Origin: Callorhinchus milii
Taxonomy: Eukaryota
Direction of reading: 5' to 3'
Length of the DNA stretch: 64,000 nt
Assembly (NCBI RefSeq): GCF_018977255.1
Contig: NW_024704742.1
Span: 57,910,001-57,974,000, forward strand
Shown: positions 1-13,534 of the stretch, piece after piece
Layout of the letters: each line of letters opens with the position of its first letter
Position numbering within the stretch: the stretch's first letter is position 1
Translations under genes and position numbers: made by a program
Notes under the pieces: model-generated
The model's database searches: none
Seen by the model: only the letters and a program-made list of their open reading frames with translations
Told to the model about the DNA's origin: nothing

Positions 1-93
1 GACATACATGAAGTGAGGCAAAAGGCCATCAGTGATCATAGATTCATAGAATTATACAGCTCAGAAGGAGGCCATTCTCTGTGCCATTCTGCG

Positions 94-120
94 TGACGTC
101 ACTTCCACCTGCCATATTTG
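94..120 (+). promoter_or_regulatory. putative L2 internal promoter motifs (CRE, ETS-like, YY1-like)
   Basis: TGACGTCA at 94-101, ACTTCC at 101-106 and GCCATATT at 111-118, all within the first 35 nt of the element. Confidence 0.4.
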
Positions 121-1212
121 AATCACTTTTAGCAGGTATAATATAGTTTATACCAGTGTGTCTCCCTCCCATCCTCTGTCTGTCTCCCTCCCCTGTCCTT
201 TCCCTGCAGGCTGCTCTTTGCTAACCAGAATGAGCGCACTCCCACTTCTGCACCACCTCTAGCCTTCACAGCCTCCTGCAGGCTGACAATGTCCCACTAA
301 TCTGCCGCCTCTCGTCTTAGCGTGTTCATCTTGGCTGCCGCCCCTGACCCGAGCTGGCCCTCCCTCAAAATGCCCCCTCCCTGCAACTCTCCCACTTTGT
401 CCTGCTCTCTCTGCCCTCCCCGCCTCCTATCTCTGCTTGACCCCCCCCCCATGCCCCCCTCTGCTCCAGCCTGGGAATTCTCTGCTGGGCTCATCGTGGC
501 ACTCAGCGTTGGTTGTCCAGCAGCAGCCACACCGACTGCCCCATTCCTACTACCGCCGCAACCCACTCCGGATAGACCCCGGGGGTTAACCTCTCCTGCT
601 TCATCCACATCCCCACCCTCCAATCCACTACCCCTTCCCATCCCACACATCCCTCTGCCAACTGTCCTTTCTGCATTGGCCTTCAAAACTTCCCCTCCAT
701 CTGCAATAATACTCTGGCCACCAAGGATCTCATCCTCAATGAGAACGTTGATATTATGGGCCTCATGGAAACCTGGATCACCCCAGGTGACACCTTCCCC
801 CTCACTGAGGCCACACCACCCGGCTATACCTACCACCATGCCCCACGTCCCAACCACCATGGCAGTGGGGTGGCCCTCATCTCCAGGGTGTCATTGCTCT
901 ATCCCCCTACTCCGCTGGCTCATTCCCCTCTTTTGATCACCTAACCCTCTGCCATCCCTTCCATCTCTCACTAAACATTCTCCTAATTTACCGCCCCCTA
1001 AAAGCCTCCCCCACCTTCATCTCTGACATCTCCACCCTTCTAGTTTCCCTCTGCCTTTGCTTCAACCGCCTCATCATCCTAGGTGACTTCAACCTCCACT
1101 TCACCCCCTCTTTCTCCACCTCCTCAGAGTTCTCCACTTTTCTCTTCTCTCAATCTTTCCCTCCACATCCACTTTGCTACCCAAATTCATGGCTACCCTC
1201 TCGACCTGGTGA

Positions 1213-1527
1213 TAATAATAATAATAATCCTTGCATTTGATATAGTGCTTTTCACGTCGGGAGGACGTCCCAAAGCGCTTCACAGAACACACTGTAAAGT
1301 CAATTGACTGTATACTTGTGGGCAAACGTGGCAGCCAATTGCGCACAGCAATGTCCCACAAACAATCGTAGATTGAAAATGACCAATTTATTATTGGTTT
1401 TGGTTTTGGAGGGATTATTATTAGGCTCTGTGTGGAGTAAGGAAACTTGCCCAAGGTTTCGCTCTGCCTGGAATTGAATTCAGGTCTCTCGCTTGCAAAG
1501 CGAGTGCTCTAACCACTGAGCTACAGG
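1213..1527 (-). mobile_element. tRNA-headed Deu-type SINE (young family) inserted in L2
   Basis: A box TAGCTCAGTGG, B-box-like motif, body tgtttgtgggacattgctgtgcgcaattggctgcc, L2-like 3' stem-loop, (ATT)n tail. Confidence 0.92.
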
Positions 1528-4500
1528 CCTCAGCGTCTCGTAGTCACCATCACCGACATGACCATCTCTAACCACCATCTCTTCCCACTCTGGCCCACCT
1601 TCTGCACCAACCGATCCTCTGCGTTTTCTCTCCTCCACATCACCCTCTCCACCACACTCAATTCCCTTCACCCCCTCACCTCCCAAACTGCCTCCTATTC
1701 CCGATCCTCATTCTGATTCATTAGCCACCTCCACTCGCTAAAGGGCCAGGTGCGGAGCTGCGAACGCACCTGGCTCAAATCCGGTCTAATGGTCCACCGC
1801 CACATCTGGCTGGACCACATTAAAACTGTCCGCTCCACTCTCGCTTCAGGTAAATTGTCCTTTTACTCCAGGTTAATCCTAGAGGCGAACGGCAACCCCA
1901 GGCTCCCGTTCTCCACCACCAGTCAGTTCCTCCACCCCTCCCCGCCATGCTTCGCAGATTCTTTTCTCCGACTCCCACTGAGAGGAAATGCTGGACTTCC
2001 TTGAGTTCAAAATCGAGGGAATCCGCTCAGCTGCCTCTGCCCTCTCAACTCTTCCCTACCCCCACCCCACACTCCGACCACTACCCATCCCTCCTTCCAC
2101 ACCTTTGAACCTGGCCCCCCCTCCTCTGTCATCACCACAATATCTTCCGTGAAGCCCACCACCTGCCCCCCCTTATCCCATCCCCACCCCTCTCCTTAAA
2201 TCCCAGCTACAACTCCATGTCCCACTACTCGCCGACTTCATCAACCTCTCACTGTCATCTGTCACTGTTCCTAACTGCTTCTAAACAGCCACTATCACCC
2301 CACCTTGAAGAAACCTTCTCTTGACCTATCACAGCTATCCAGTTACTGGCCTATCTCCCACCTCCCTTTTCTGTCTAAGGTCATTGAGAGAGCCATTGCC
2401 TCCCAGCTTCACTCTTTCCTCTTCTCTCACTCCCTCCATGAACCCCTTCAATCGGGTTTCCGTGCTACCCACAGTACAGAAACTGCTCTAGTCAAGGTCA
2501 CAAATGACATCCTGACCATGTGTGACCAGGGCTCCCTCTGCCTCCTCATCCTCCTCGACCTCTCTGCCGCCTTTGATACTGTGGATCATTCAATCCTCCT
2601 CCACCGCCTCTCCTCCCACCTCAACCTTCAAGGTTCTGTCCTCGACTGGTTCAGGTCCTAGCTTTCACACCGCCTCCACTTCGTCGTGGCAAATGGCTTC
2701 TCCTCCAGCCCCCACACTGTCTCGTGTGGTGTCCCTCAGGGCTCTGTCCTCGGTCCTCTCCTCTTCACACTCTATATGCTCCCCCTTGGTGACATCATCC
2801 ACAGACATGGAGTAACTTTCCCTATGTATGCGGATGACACCCAACTCTATCTCTCTGCCTCCACCCTCAACTCCAGGACTACTGGCGTCCTGACTGACTG
2901 CCTGTCTGACATCAAGTCCTGGACGAGGGACAATTTTCTCCAACTGAACGTCAGCAAGACTGAGGCCCTCCTGGCCGGCTCGTGCCAGTGCCCCCGCACT
3001 CAGGTGCTGGCAGCATCAGCCTCAACGGCTGCACACTCAACCTCACTAAGCCAGTCAGGAACCTGGGTGTCTTGTTTGACCCTAAACTATCCTTTCTCCC
3101 CGACATCCGCGCCATGACTGGCACTGCCTACCACCACCTCCACAACATTGCCAGACTCTGCCATTGCCTCAGCCCTCAGGCTGCCAAAACCCTCACCCAC
3201 GCATTCGTCACATCAAGGCTCGATTATGGAAACTCCCTCCTCATCGGCCTTCACAACTCTTCCCTTCACAAGCTGCAGATCATCCAAAACTCTGCAGCTC
3301 GTGTACTCTCACCACCAGGCTCTGTGACCGCATCACTCCCACCCTCACCCAACTCCACTGGCTCCCCATCCCTCAGAGGATCGAATTCAAGATCCTCATC
3401 CAAGGCGTTGCCCCCTCCTACCTCTCTGACCTGCTGACTCTCTACCAACCTACCCACTCTCTCCGTTCAGCAGGCTCTGGCCTGCTCCATGTCTTCTGCC
3501 CGACGCACCCTACCATCCATGTCGGGCTTTCAGCTTCTCTGCTCCCACACTCTGGAATTCCATCCCACAGTCCCTTCACCTTGCTCCCTCCCTTGCCTCC
3601 TTCAAGGATGGTCTGAAGACCCTCCTCTTCGATCGTGCCTTCAGTCGCCCTCCCACCTCTCTGCCTTCCCTCACCCCTACCCGACCCCTCCCCCATGCTC
3701 AGGTCCTGACCCCTGACTGTCCAGCACTTTGGGACGTCTTCCCAATGTGAAAGGTGCTCTATAAATGTAATTTTGTTTTTGTTGTTGTTAATGCCAGCTC
3801 TTTGAAAAAAACTATCCAAATTGATTCCATTCCCCTGCTCTCTTCCATAGCCCTGCAAAATTGTCCTCCCCAAATAATTATCTGATGGAGGGCATACAGT
3901 TAGAGGAGGCTCAGAGACAAGCAGCAGTGTAACTGTTTATTGCTGTTACTCAAGAGCAGTTAGAATAACATTCAGTGGAATTCACAGGTTATAAATGCAA
4001 TAAATCAAAAGGATATTTTTATTGTAAGGTGTAGTGACTGTATGTCTTGCAGGAGAGCGCGACAGCCAATTTATGCACAGCAATGTCACACAAATAGATG
4101 TGAAGTGATTAATAAATTATTCAACATCTATTGAATAATTGAACTGTAATCAATATCTCATCTGAAGGATGCCACTCCAACAATGCAGCACTCTCCCAGA
4201 ATTACACTGAAATATCAGCCTGATAATATGTCCCAATATGGGGCTTGAACCCATAATCATCTTACTCAAAGGTGAGAATGCTACCAACTGAGCTAAAGGA
4301 GTTTCACCCACAAAATACACAGTCAGTTCACTATACAATATATCATGTGAAGCACTTTGAGATGTCTCAATTACATAATGAGGCACTGTATCAAATGCAA
4401 GGATTATTATTGTTGAAGGAGTAATGAAGGTTATGTAAAGAAATCTGATCCAACTGGAAACCATAGACAAACATGTTGTACAGCACACAATGGACCTTGA

Positions 4501-4569
4501 AAACCACAATCAGAGGGCAATGACGGCAGCATTGCAGATGATTACCACCATCAAAGAGTTTATTTTTGA

Positions 4570-5655
4570 TCTTCTGGGTGTCTGGCACATGGGGAAAGCC
4601 GTCACAATACTTATTGTTGTCTAAACAAGACTGAGAGTTCCAACCATGCCACCTAAACATGGAAATTTCCGTGTCTAGAATGGAATACACTCTTTACCTA
4701 GAGTGACACACCTGGCTTTACCTTGTACCAGAAAGTATTATATACAGGTTGGCAAGACTTGGTGATCCCAGAATGTGTGTTGGGGCACCGCTGGAACTAA
4801 TCCACTAAAACCACAGTTTGTCAATGAAAGCAGTACCTGGCAAGCATCCCTCTGCTTTTCCAGCTAGGCCTACCTTGCTAAGGCATTGGCTTGCAGGGTT
4901 CAAGGGAGCTGAATGAAAAAACACCCCTGCCCAGACTCCTGATCCAAGTACTGCCACTGAGCCAGCATGGGGAGTATTTGGCGTACTGGAGACCTACCTG
5001 GCTCAGGAACTAAAGACCAACAGAGAGTATTGACTTGATTCCGACATTCCATTGCCAAGAGCATCACATTGGAAACAGTTCAACTCCAAGTAGACCCCAC
5101 TTACCTTTCACCACCCTCCCCCCTGCTCTCCCGGATGATAAGACTTATATCATGTGATAGAATCTACAATCCATAATATGAGCACAGTAATCCTACCTGG
5201 GCATGCGTGGTAAATCAAAAGGAATAGTCCTTGCTAGAAGTGACACAGATAATGCAATCCAGGTTCAAACAGTGCTTAACAGGCTCCCTGGAGGCTGTCA
5301 CATGTGCAGTTATTAATAGGAGATTCCCTGCAGTAACTAGAGAAGCCTATCATTCAGTTTCTTTTAGCCTGCCATGTCCTTGTGTAAAAGTCAATCATTA
5401 TCTGCCTTGCTGACTGCAGATCCCACCAAGCCCTCCCATCGAGACGGGTGAAAGTTGACAGACCCTGAACAGATAATACACTTCCTGCAGATTCCAGTTC
5501 AGTATCCAATCTTCCATCACCACCTCTAAAAAATGTGAGAACCCGAGGGTGCCCAAGTGCCTTGTCACAAACATCCACTGCTGGAAAAAACAACTCTCTT
5601 GATTCCCCAGAGCCATTTCCAACTTCTCCTTCAGCTGTGCCCTCCAAATAGGCAT
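4570..5655 (-). mobile_element. old RTE-X-like LINE 3' fragment
   Basis: 4570-5140 is visibly similar to 21205-21760; the upstream part translates to post-RT-like ARQIMIDFYTRTWQ and ALFEPGLHYL. Confidence 0.55.
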
Positions 5656-5704
5656 GACCGTTTAGTTAAGTTAATGAGCATGCAGTGCACAAATTGATGT
5701 TCTA

Positions 5705-6009
5705 TGGAGTCCTGTATCTCAGTGGTTAGAGCACTCACCTTGCAAGCGCGAGACCTGGGTTCGATTCCCAGCAGGGCAAAATCTTTGGCAAGTTTCCTTA
5801 CTGTACACGATTGATAATAATCCCTCAAGAAAAAAAAACAATAATAAATTGGTCACTTCAATCCATGACTGTTTGTGGGACATTGCTGTGCACAATTGGC
5901 TGCTGCGTTTCGCCCAAAAATATACAGTCAATTTACTTTGCAGTATATTCTGTGAAGCCCTTTGAGACATCAAGAAGACATGTGTAGCGCTATATTATTA
6001 TTATTATTA
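5705..6009 (+). mobile_element. tRNA-headed Deu-type SINE
   Basis: tggagtcctgtatctcagtggttagagc head, shared body, (ATT)n tail. Confidence 0.9.
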
Positions 6010-6239
6010 AATATTCTATTAATCCATATTCCAAACCAACTGATTACTCACCTTTGCCTCTATGTTAGAAACTGCCACTGGTTTTGAAACTATCAAACAC
6101 AATATGCTGTATTCTCTTCATCTCCCAGGAACTGTCATTGCAAATAATTTGCTAGTTAAATCATTAACTATTTGCATATAAAACATTGAAATTCTCTCCA
6201 GAATTTTCTTGTATGTGTAATGATTATATGCACAGGATT

Positions 6240-6485
6240 ATTAAAGAACTCTTTGAGAGGATAAATAAAGGAAATGCAGTAGATGCAATTTACTGGATTT
6301 AAATAAAAGCATTCCATAAAGACTTACTTGAGAAGCGTACTGCAAAGATTATGGCATTTTGAGTTAAAGGGTACGTGGCAACATTAATAAAGAGCTGTAT
6401 GGGGAACAGAAAGCAAAGAGTAAGAGTAAAAGGAAATATTCCAGATAAATGAGTAGTTTTCTAGAGGGCCCTGTATTACAGCCCT
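6240..6485 (+). mobile_element. heavily decayed CR1 LINE RT fragment
   Basis: Resembles the CR1 VDxIYLDFxKAF...RKQRV segment. Confidence 0.55.
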
Positions 6486-6991
6486 GTTATTTACTATGTA
6501 CAGAGGGTTCACAAAGTCCTGTTACCATTCCAACACCCCTCCAACCCTGTTTTTTCTTACAATTAATTTTTATTTTCTGTTGCAGATGAGTCAAGCCTGA
6601 TATCAGTAAATTCCTCGTCATTCCATCCGTATTATGGAAGATGTCGCACTGAACGTGGCAACAGATCAAATTATAGCATTCTACACCAATGCCCTGGACA
6701 TCCAAACACAGTTAAACACTTGCACTAAATACAATGAAATACTTCTAAATATACTTATCACCATTCTTCCACATGGGAATGAAAAGTTGAGGAAAATTGA
6801 TTGTTTAGCAGCTTGATGGCTGCATCACGACCGCTGGAATCAGGAGAGAAGCAAAGGGATAGAGTTTGTTTTGGTACCATTCATGCAGAAATTAACTCCA
6901 TGCCTGTGGATGACATCACCGAGCTGGAGCATGTAGATATTAAAACGGAGAGGACCGAGGAGGAGAATAATAATAATAATACTTGCATTTG

Positions 6992-7564
6992 CAACTATGC
7001 AAACTCACTGCTTGTCGGCCTCCCCAACTCCTCCCTCCACAGGCTGCAGATCAACCAGAACTTTGCAGCCCGTGTCCTCTCCCGCACTAGGCTTTGTAAC
7101 CCTATTACCCCCATCCTCGCCACTCCACTGGCTTCTCATCACACAGAGGATATAGTTCCAAGATCCTGGTCCTCACCTTTACAAAGTCCTCCATGGTCTT
7201 GCTCTCCCCTACTCCTCTGACCTCCTAACCCCCGACCACCCTGTTCGCTCTCTCCCCTCAGTGAGCTCCGACCTGCTTCACATCCCCCGCCTCGCTTGCC
7301 CCACTATCAGCAGCTGGGCCTTGTGCGACTCTGCACCCACCCTCTGTAACTCCATCCCGCATTCCCTCCATCTCGTCCCCTCCCTCGCCACCTTCAAGAC
7401 CCACCTCAAGACCCTCCTCTTCGACTGTGCTTTCAATCTTCCTGCTTCCCCCCTGCCCTCTCCCATCCCGACCCTCAGCTCGGGTCCATAACTGCCTGTT
7501 CCAGCACCTTGGGACGTCCTCCCGATGTGAAAGGCGCTATACAAATGTAATTTTGTTGTTGTTA
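6992..7564 (+). mobile_element. 5'-truncated L2 fragment (subfamily A)
   Basis: [28 protein letters not shown], ending gggacgtcctcccgatgtgaaaggcgctatacaaatgtaa(ttg)n. Confidence 0.9.
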
Positions 7565-8656
7565 TCTTATCACATCTTTGAGACATCTCGATGTACTTCA
7601 AAGACTAATAAAGTGAATTGACTGTATATTTTATGGGCGAAACTCAGCATTCAATTGCATAAAATAGTATCCCTCAAGCAGTTGCTAATGACAAAGAACT
7701 AGTCTGAAAGAATTTATGTAACTTAGTTAATTTGAGCAACCAAACACAACTGAAAGCTACTAAATGAATGCAATCATTTAGTGGTTTCTTAATGTCCTCC
7801 TGAATAGGCAGACGGGACCTCGGTTTAATGTCTCCTCAGTTTAATGCCAACACCCCGCCTGCACTGCTTTGGAGTATCAGCTTGGACTACGTGAGTTCAA
7901 ACCCCAACATCTCCAAGTTGAGACTTTGAACTCACAGTTTAGGCTGTTGCTCCTGTGTAGTGCAATCCCAGCAATGTGCTTCATTGTCAGAGTTCCCATC
8001 CTTTGAATGAGACACTAAATTGATATTCTGCCTCTCTGTTAGGTGGATGTTAAAGATGGCATGGTACTATTCAAAAAGGAGTTTCTTCAGTGTCAGTGTC
8101 CTGATCAACAATCCTCAAGTAAAAAATGGTCATTCACTTCATAGCTGTTTGTGGGACATTGCTGTGTGCAATTTGACTGCCATGTTTGCCTATAAATTCA
8201 GTCATTATATCATACAATAGATCCTGAGATATCCTCCTGACATGAAAGGTCTTGCCAGTATATCAAATGTAAGAGTTATATTTTGTTTATGAATTGATTC
8301 AAGAATGAAACATAGTCTGGTCTGCCTAGAAGGTAACCCGCCCTGCCTACTCAATTGCTGTTCCTGACCCACTTTCTACCTGTCAAGTCTCAGTGATTGT
8401 GTTTAAAAAGGGCTGAAGCTCTGATTTCAGTGACACACAGAAGTTCCAACTTCGATTATAATACTGTATGGCATAATATTAAATGAAATGGTCACTCCAA
8501 CAGATGAAAACTCGGGATTGTGGGCTTGAACTGTCATAATCTGATTTTAAACTATAATTAACTGGAACATACCCTTTCCTGAACAAAAAGTTTTTATTTC
8601 ATGGAAAAACTTTCCCAGTTGAAATAAACAAGTCACATGGAACAAACAAATTGATG

Positions 8657-8717
8657 GGATATTTGTCACATGGATGTGTCACATGGATATTTGTCACATG
8701 GATATTTGTCACATGGA
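8657..8717 (+). repeat. 15-bp minisatellite (GGATATTTGTCACAT), about 4 units
   Basis: Directly visible; the second unit is shortened. Confidence 0.9.
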
Positions 8718-9009
8718 CATCCCATATCCCATGTGTATGCAATATTAATATTAATATACAGTACTGATTCCATTAGTCATGTGTTCGTATTCAGCCTGGT
8801 TCAGTTGGTAGCGCTCTCAGCACTGAGTCAGAAAGTTGGGGGTTCAAATCCCACATTGGGACTTTGAATTCATATTCTTGGCTGACTTTCCAGAGCAGTG
8901 CTGGGGTGCACAAGCAGACTGCTGAATTCACCTACAAATACACTGTCACTAAACTTTACTCTAAAATCCTGTGGCATGCCTCTCACACAATATACCCATA
9001 TTACCATGA

Positions 9010-11915
9010 TAGACGCCGTCGGCTGTCCTACAACACCCACCCTGACTGCCCCTTCCCTACTCTATCTGCAAGGCCGACTAGCCCTCACCCACGGGAACCA
9101 ACCTTTCCTTCCTCACTCACAACCCCAGCCAACCCATCTGCCTACCCCCTCCCCATTTTCATCTCCCCCACACTCCCACCACTAACTGTCCCTTTCACAT
9201 CGGTCTGCAGAATGTCCGCTCACTAACCAACAAGTCCCTCACAATCCATGACCTCACCGTGAGGAAAATATCGATATCCTTGCCCTCACCCAAACCTAGG
9301 TCACCCCAGGCGACACCTTCCCACTAGTTGAGGCCACAACTCAAGGTTACACCTTTCACCAAACCCCACGGCCTAATCGTTGTGGCAATGGTGTGGCTCT
9401 CATCTCCTGGTCCCCGCTCAGTCTTTTCCCTTACTCCTCCGGAACCTTCCCCTCCTTTGAACACCTTACCATCTACCACCTCTCCAGGCTTTCCCTCAAA
9501 ATCCTCCTTGTTTACCGTCCCCCCAAGCCTTTCCCTACATTTCTCTCAGACATCTCCATCCTCCTATCTTCCCTCTCTCTCTGCTCTGAACGCCTCCTAA
9601 TCTTAGGCAACTTCAACCTCCACCTCACCCCCTCCTGTTCTGCCTCTGCCGACTTCTCTTCCCTCCTCTCTTCCCTTAACCTCTCTCTCCTCATCCACTC
9701 CCCCACCCATGACAGTGGCCATCCCCTTGACCTGGTGATCACCCGGGGCTTCACCGACTCCAACATCACCATGATCGATAAAGCCATCTTGGATCACCAC
9801 TTCATCTCCCTCAACACCTCCGTATCCCATCCTCTTTCTCAACCCTCCACCATCATGTACCATCCATGAAAAAAAATTTCCTCCCTCTCCCTCTCCACTG
9901 CCCTGGAGTCATCTGAACTCCTACACCTCTGGCCCTCCCTGACCGACCTCCTCTCCTCACTCTCTTTTCTCCATAACTCTCTCTCCTCCATTCTGGACTC
10001 CCTTGCCCCCCTCACCTCCTGAAGTGCCTCTTACTCCCGTAAATCCCCTTGGTACACCAGCCACTCCATTCCCTCAAGGCACAAGTGCGAGCTGCCGAAC
10101 ACGCCTGGACCAAATCCAAACTATCGGTCCATCGGCAGATTTGCCTGAACCATACCAAGACCTACCGCTGCGCTCTTTCCTCCGCCAAATCCTTCTTCTA
10201 TTCCAAGGTTATCTTGGAGGCAAAAGACAACCCCAGGCTTCTCTTTTCCACCACAAACCTTCTCCTCCGTCCACCTTCCCACACATCCAACTGTAAGGAG
10301 AAACTGGACTTCCTTGAATCCAAAATCGAGGGGATACGTTCAGCCACCTCTGCCCTGTCCACAGCCACCCCACATCACCTCTCCATCATGACCCACCCCC
10401 CACTCATCCCCCACTATACTCCTTCGACCCTATCTCTTCTCACCATGACTGTCCGCAAACTCAAACCCACCACCTGCTCCCTCAATCCCATCCCCACTTT
10501 CCTCCTCATCTCCCAGCTCCACCTTCTGGCCCCTCTCCTGTCCAATGTCATCAACCTCTCCTTATCCACCAGTTTAGTTCCCACCCACCTAAAAACAGCC
10601 GGCATCACCCCCATCTTGAAAAAACCTTCCCTGGATCCATTCCTCCTCTCCAGCTACTGCCCCATCTCTAACCTCCCATTCCTCTCCAAGGTCCTGAAAT
10701 GAGTCATCACGTCCCAGCTCCACTCCTTGCTTTCTTGCCATTCGCTCTTTGAACCCCTTGAATCTGGCTTCTGCGCTGCCCATAGCACGGAAACAGTCCT
10801 AGTGAAACTCACTAATGACATTCTGAACATCTGTGATCTGCCTCCTTGTCCTCCTTGACCTCTGTGCCGCCTTCGACACTGTCGACCACTCCATCCTCAT
10901 ATACCGCCTCTCCTCTTTACTTAATGTAATGTAAAGGCGTTCAAAGAGGGAATGGTGAGAAAGAAAGGAGTGGAGCTGGGACAAGAAGACTGGTTTCAGG
11001 ACCTTGGAGAGGAATGGGAGGTTAGAGATGGGGCAATAGCTGGAGAGGAGGGAAGGGTCTAGGGAAGGTTTTTTCAAGATGGTGGTGATGACGGCTGTTT
11101 TTAGGTGGGTGGGAACTTAATGCAGACCTGCCCTTACCTGATTAGATTCCTTTCTCTCTCACAGTCTCCACTTTGTTGCCTCTAATGGTTTCTCCTCCAG
11201 CCCCCGCACTGTTACATCTGGTGTCCCCCAGGGCTCTGTCTTTGGCCCTCTCCTCTTCAACATCTACATGCTCCCCCTTGGTGACATCATCCGCAGACAT
11301 GGGATCAACCTCCATATGTATGCAGGTGACACCTTCCTCCCCCTCCCCCTGGCTCGGCCCCGGGATCCGTTACTGTGAAGTGCTCTGAGACGCCATCCGA
11401 CGTGGAGGACGCTATATAAATTCTAGTTGTTGTTGCTGTTGTTGATCCCATCTCCCCCATTCTCGTCTGACTCCATTGACTCCCTATCCTTCAGAGGATC
11501 CAGTTCAAGATCCTGGTCCTCACCTAAAAGGCCCTCCATGGCCTCGCTCCAACCTACCTCTGTGACCTCCTAACCCCTCACCAACCCGCCCACTCCGACC
11601 CCTCAGCCGGCTCCAGCCTGCTCCACGTCCCCCGACCTACCTCCCCACTATTGGCGGGAGAGCCTTCAGCCACTCTGCCCCCAACCTCTGGAATTCCATC
11701 CTCCAGTAACTCTGCCTTGTCCCCTCCTTAGCCTCCTTCAATCCCGCCTCATGACCCTCTTTTTCGATCATGCCATCGGTCACCCCCTTTCCTTCTCCTC
11801 CCTTCTCCCCCCCCGACCCCAGCTCGGGTCTGAAATGCTGTACACTGTCCAGTGCCTTGGGACGTCCTCCCGACGTGAAAAGCGCTATACAAATGTAATC
11901 TTGTTTTTGTTGTTG
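9010..11915 (+). mobile_element. long decayed L2 LINE with an internal inverted insert and a subfamily-B tail insert (about 11330-11443)
   Basis: APE (LVYRPP, ILGNFNLH, THDSGHPLDLV) and RT ([32 protein letters not shown]) motifs; (GTT)n tail. Confidence 0.9.
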
Positions 11916-13534
11916 TACACTGTAAAATGGTGTGACTGTGGATTTTTTCAGGCAAATTTGACAGTCAATTTGTGCACAACAATGTCCCACCCATAGCCAT
12001 AGAGTGAATCACCACTTTTATTTGGGGGATTGTTGGTAGGATATTAGGGGATATTCTCTTTTCTTTTCCTGATTCCACCCCACTTCACTACCTGTTAACT
12101 GCGTTCAGCTGATTCCGGCCACCTGCATGTCCCCTATCTTTTCCACTCCATCATTGGTGGCCGTGCTTTCAACCACTATAACAACAACAGCAAAATTACA
12201 TTTGTAAAACGTCTTTCACATCGGGAGGACTTCCCAAGGTGCTGAACAGTCAGGGATCAAGACTTGAGCGTGGGGGCAGGGTTGGGATGAGGGAGATCAG
12301 AGGGGGTAGGAGGGTGGCTGAAGGCACGTTTAAAAAGGAGGGTCTTGAGCCATGCCTTGAAGGAGACAAGAGAGGGAGCAAGGCAAAGGGATTGTAGGAT
12401 GGAGTTCCAAAGAGTGGGGACAGAGAGGCTGAAAGTATAGCATTCTCTACGTGAATCCTTTCATCTTGCCCCTTTTGCCCATCTTTAGATCACATCTGTA
12501 GACCTTCCTCTTTGACCGTGCCTATGGTCACCTCCCCCCCTCCCTGGCTTGGAGTCAAGCTCTGCCACTGTTGCGCACTCCAAGACACTGTCCTGCATGA
12601 AAGGAGCTACATTAATGCAAGATGTTGTTCTTGAATAGTTTATGGGATCTTAAAGTCTAACTGCAGGTACTTCAGGGCCTCAGTTAATGTCTCATCTGAA
12701 GGACAATAATAACATGAACTTAAATAATAACATGGAACATTGTTAGGAGAACTGAAATCAATCTGGGATAGATTTATTTTTATGAAAATCAGCCAGGCCG
12801 TGTCGGTTTGCAGGGAATGATTAACCTGCACAATCTTGTCATAGTGTTGCGGTATCCACAAAGGTTGAGTCATTTTTACCAGATAATTACTGCTCAAGTA
12901 ATCAATATGGGTGTGTGGCATTTTGTGAAGTTCAGAGAAGAATGACAAAACCCTGCTTTGATGTCCTCCAGGTTTGACTTTCAGGCCCTCTTGAAGTTCA
13001 CTGAAAGTTTAATGCAGAAAGCCTCTGATTTGTGAAGGGCATCGGGTGAGACAGAGACTCTGACTTGCCTTTGCTTATAGGAATGGGAAACATTCAAGTG
13101 GAGTAGGAATGCAGTTTTGCAAGAGAGAATCCATCCTTTATTGTGCTAAATGCCCAAACTGGATTCTAGCTGTAGAATTTAATAACAACAACAACAAAAA
13201 TAACACTTGTATAGCACCTTCATATGGGAAAGACATCCCAGGGCGCTGGACAATTAGGGGTTTTGGATCCGAGCTGGGTCACAAGGAGAGGAGAGCAGGT
13301 GGGAGGGAAATACATAGAGCCCAACAGAGCTGAAATCTGCAATGTAAGTACAAAGAAAATCCTGAGCTGTTCTTATGTTATCGACTGTGAAAATTACTTA
13401 TTCTATGCACAGTGCATGTTTTGTTTCAGTTAAAGTTCCTATTTTCATCGCTTTCTTTCCTTCTTGGCCCTGATATCCCCCAGGTTTAGTGCATGGGTAG
13501 CAATGGAAATACATAGAGCCCAACAGAGGTAGGA

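Larger units (their letters stand above)
87..3791 (+). mobile_element. near full-length, decayed L2-clade LINE (APE endonuclease plus reverse transcriptase), subfamily A
   Basis: Frameshifted APE motifs (LMETW, LGDFNLH, HGYPLDLV) and RT motifs ([33 protein letters not shown]); (GTT)n tail; TGCCA target-site duplication at 82-86 and 3792-3796 inside a CR1 tail. Confidence 0.92.

Noticed and set aside
297..936. Pro-rich and Gly-rich ORFs of 187-204 aa as a gene or ORF1
   Set aside because: These are off-frame or antisense readings of C-rich L2 sequence with non-ATG starts and no recognisable domain.
6586..6816. Strong plus-strand acceptor (ttttctgttgcag) followed by short ORFs
   Set aside because: No recognisable protein, no partner exons and no clear donor; it cannot be supported as an exon.
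8657..8717. Short repeat arrays (also 20829-20935, 39470-39553, 41630-41700) as CRISPR-like or regulatory arrays
   Set aside because: They are head-to-tail units without unique spacers in a eukaryotic context, i.e. ordinary slippage minisatellites.
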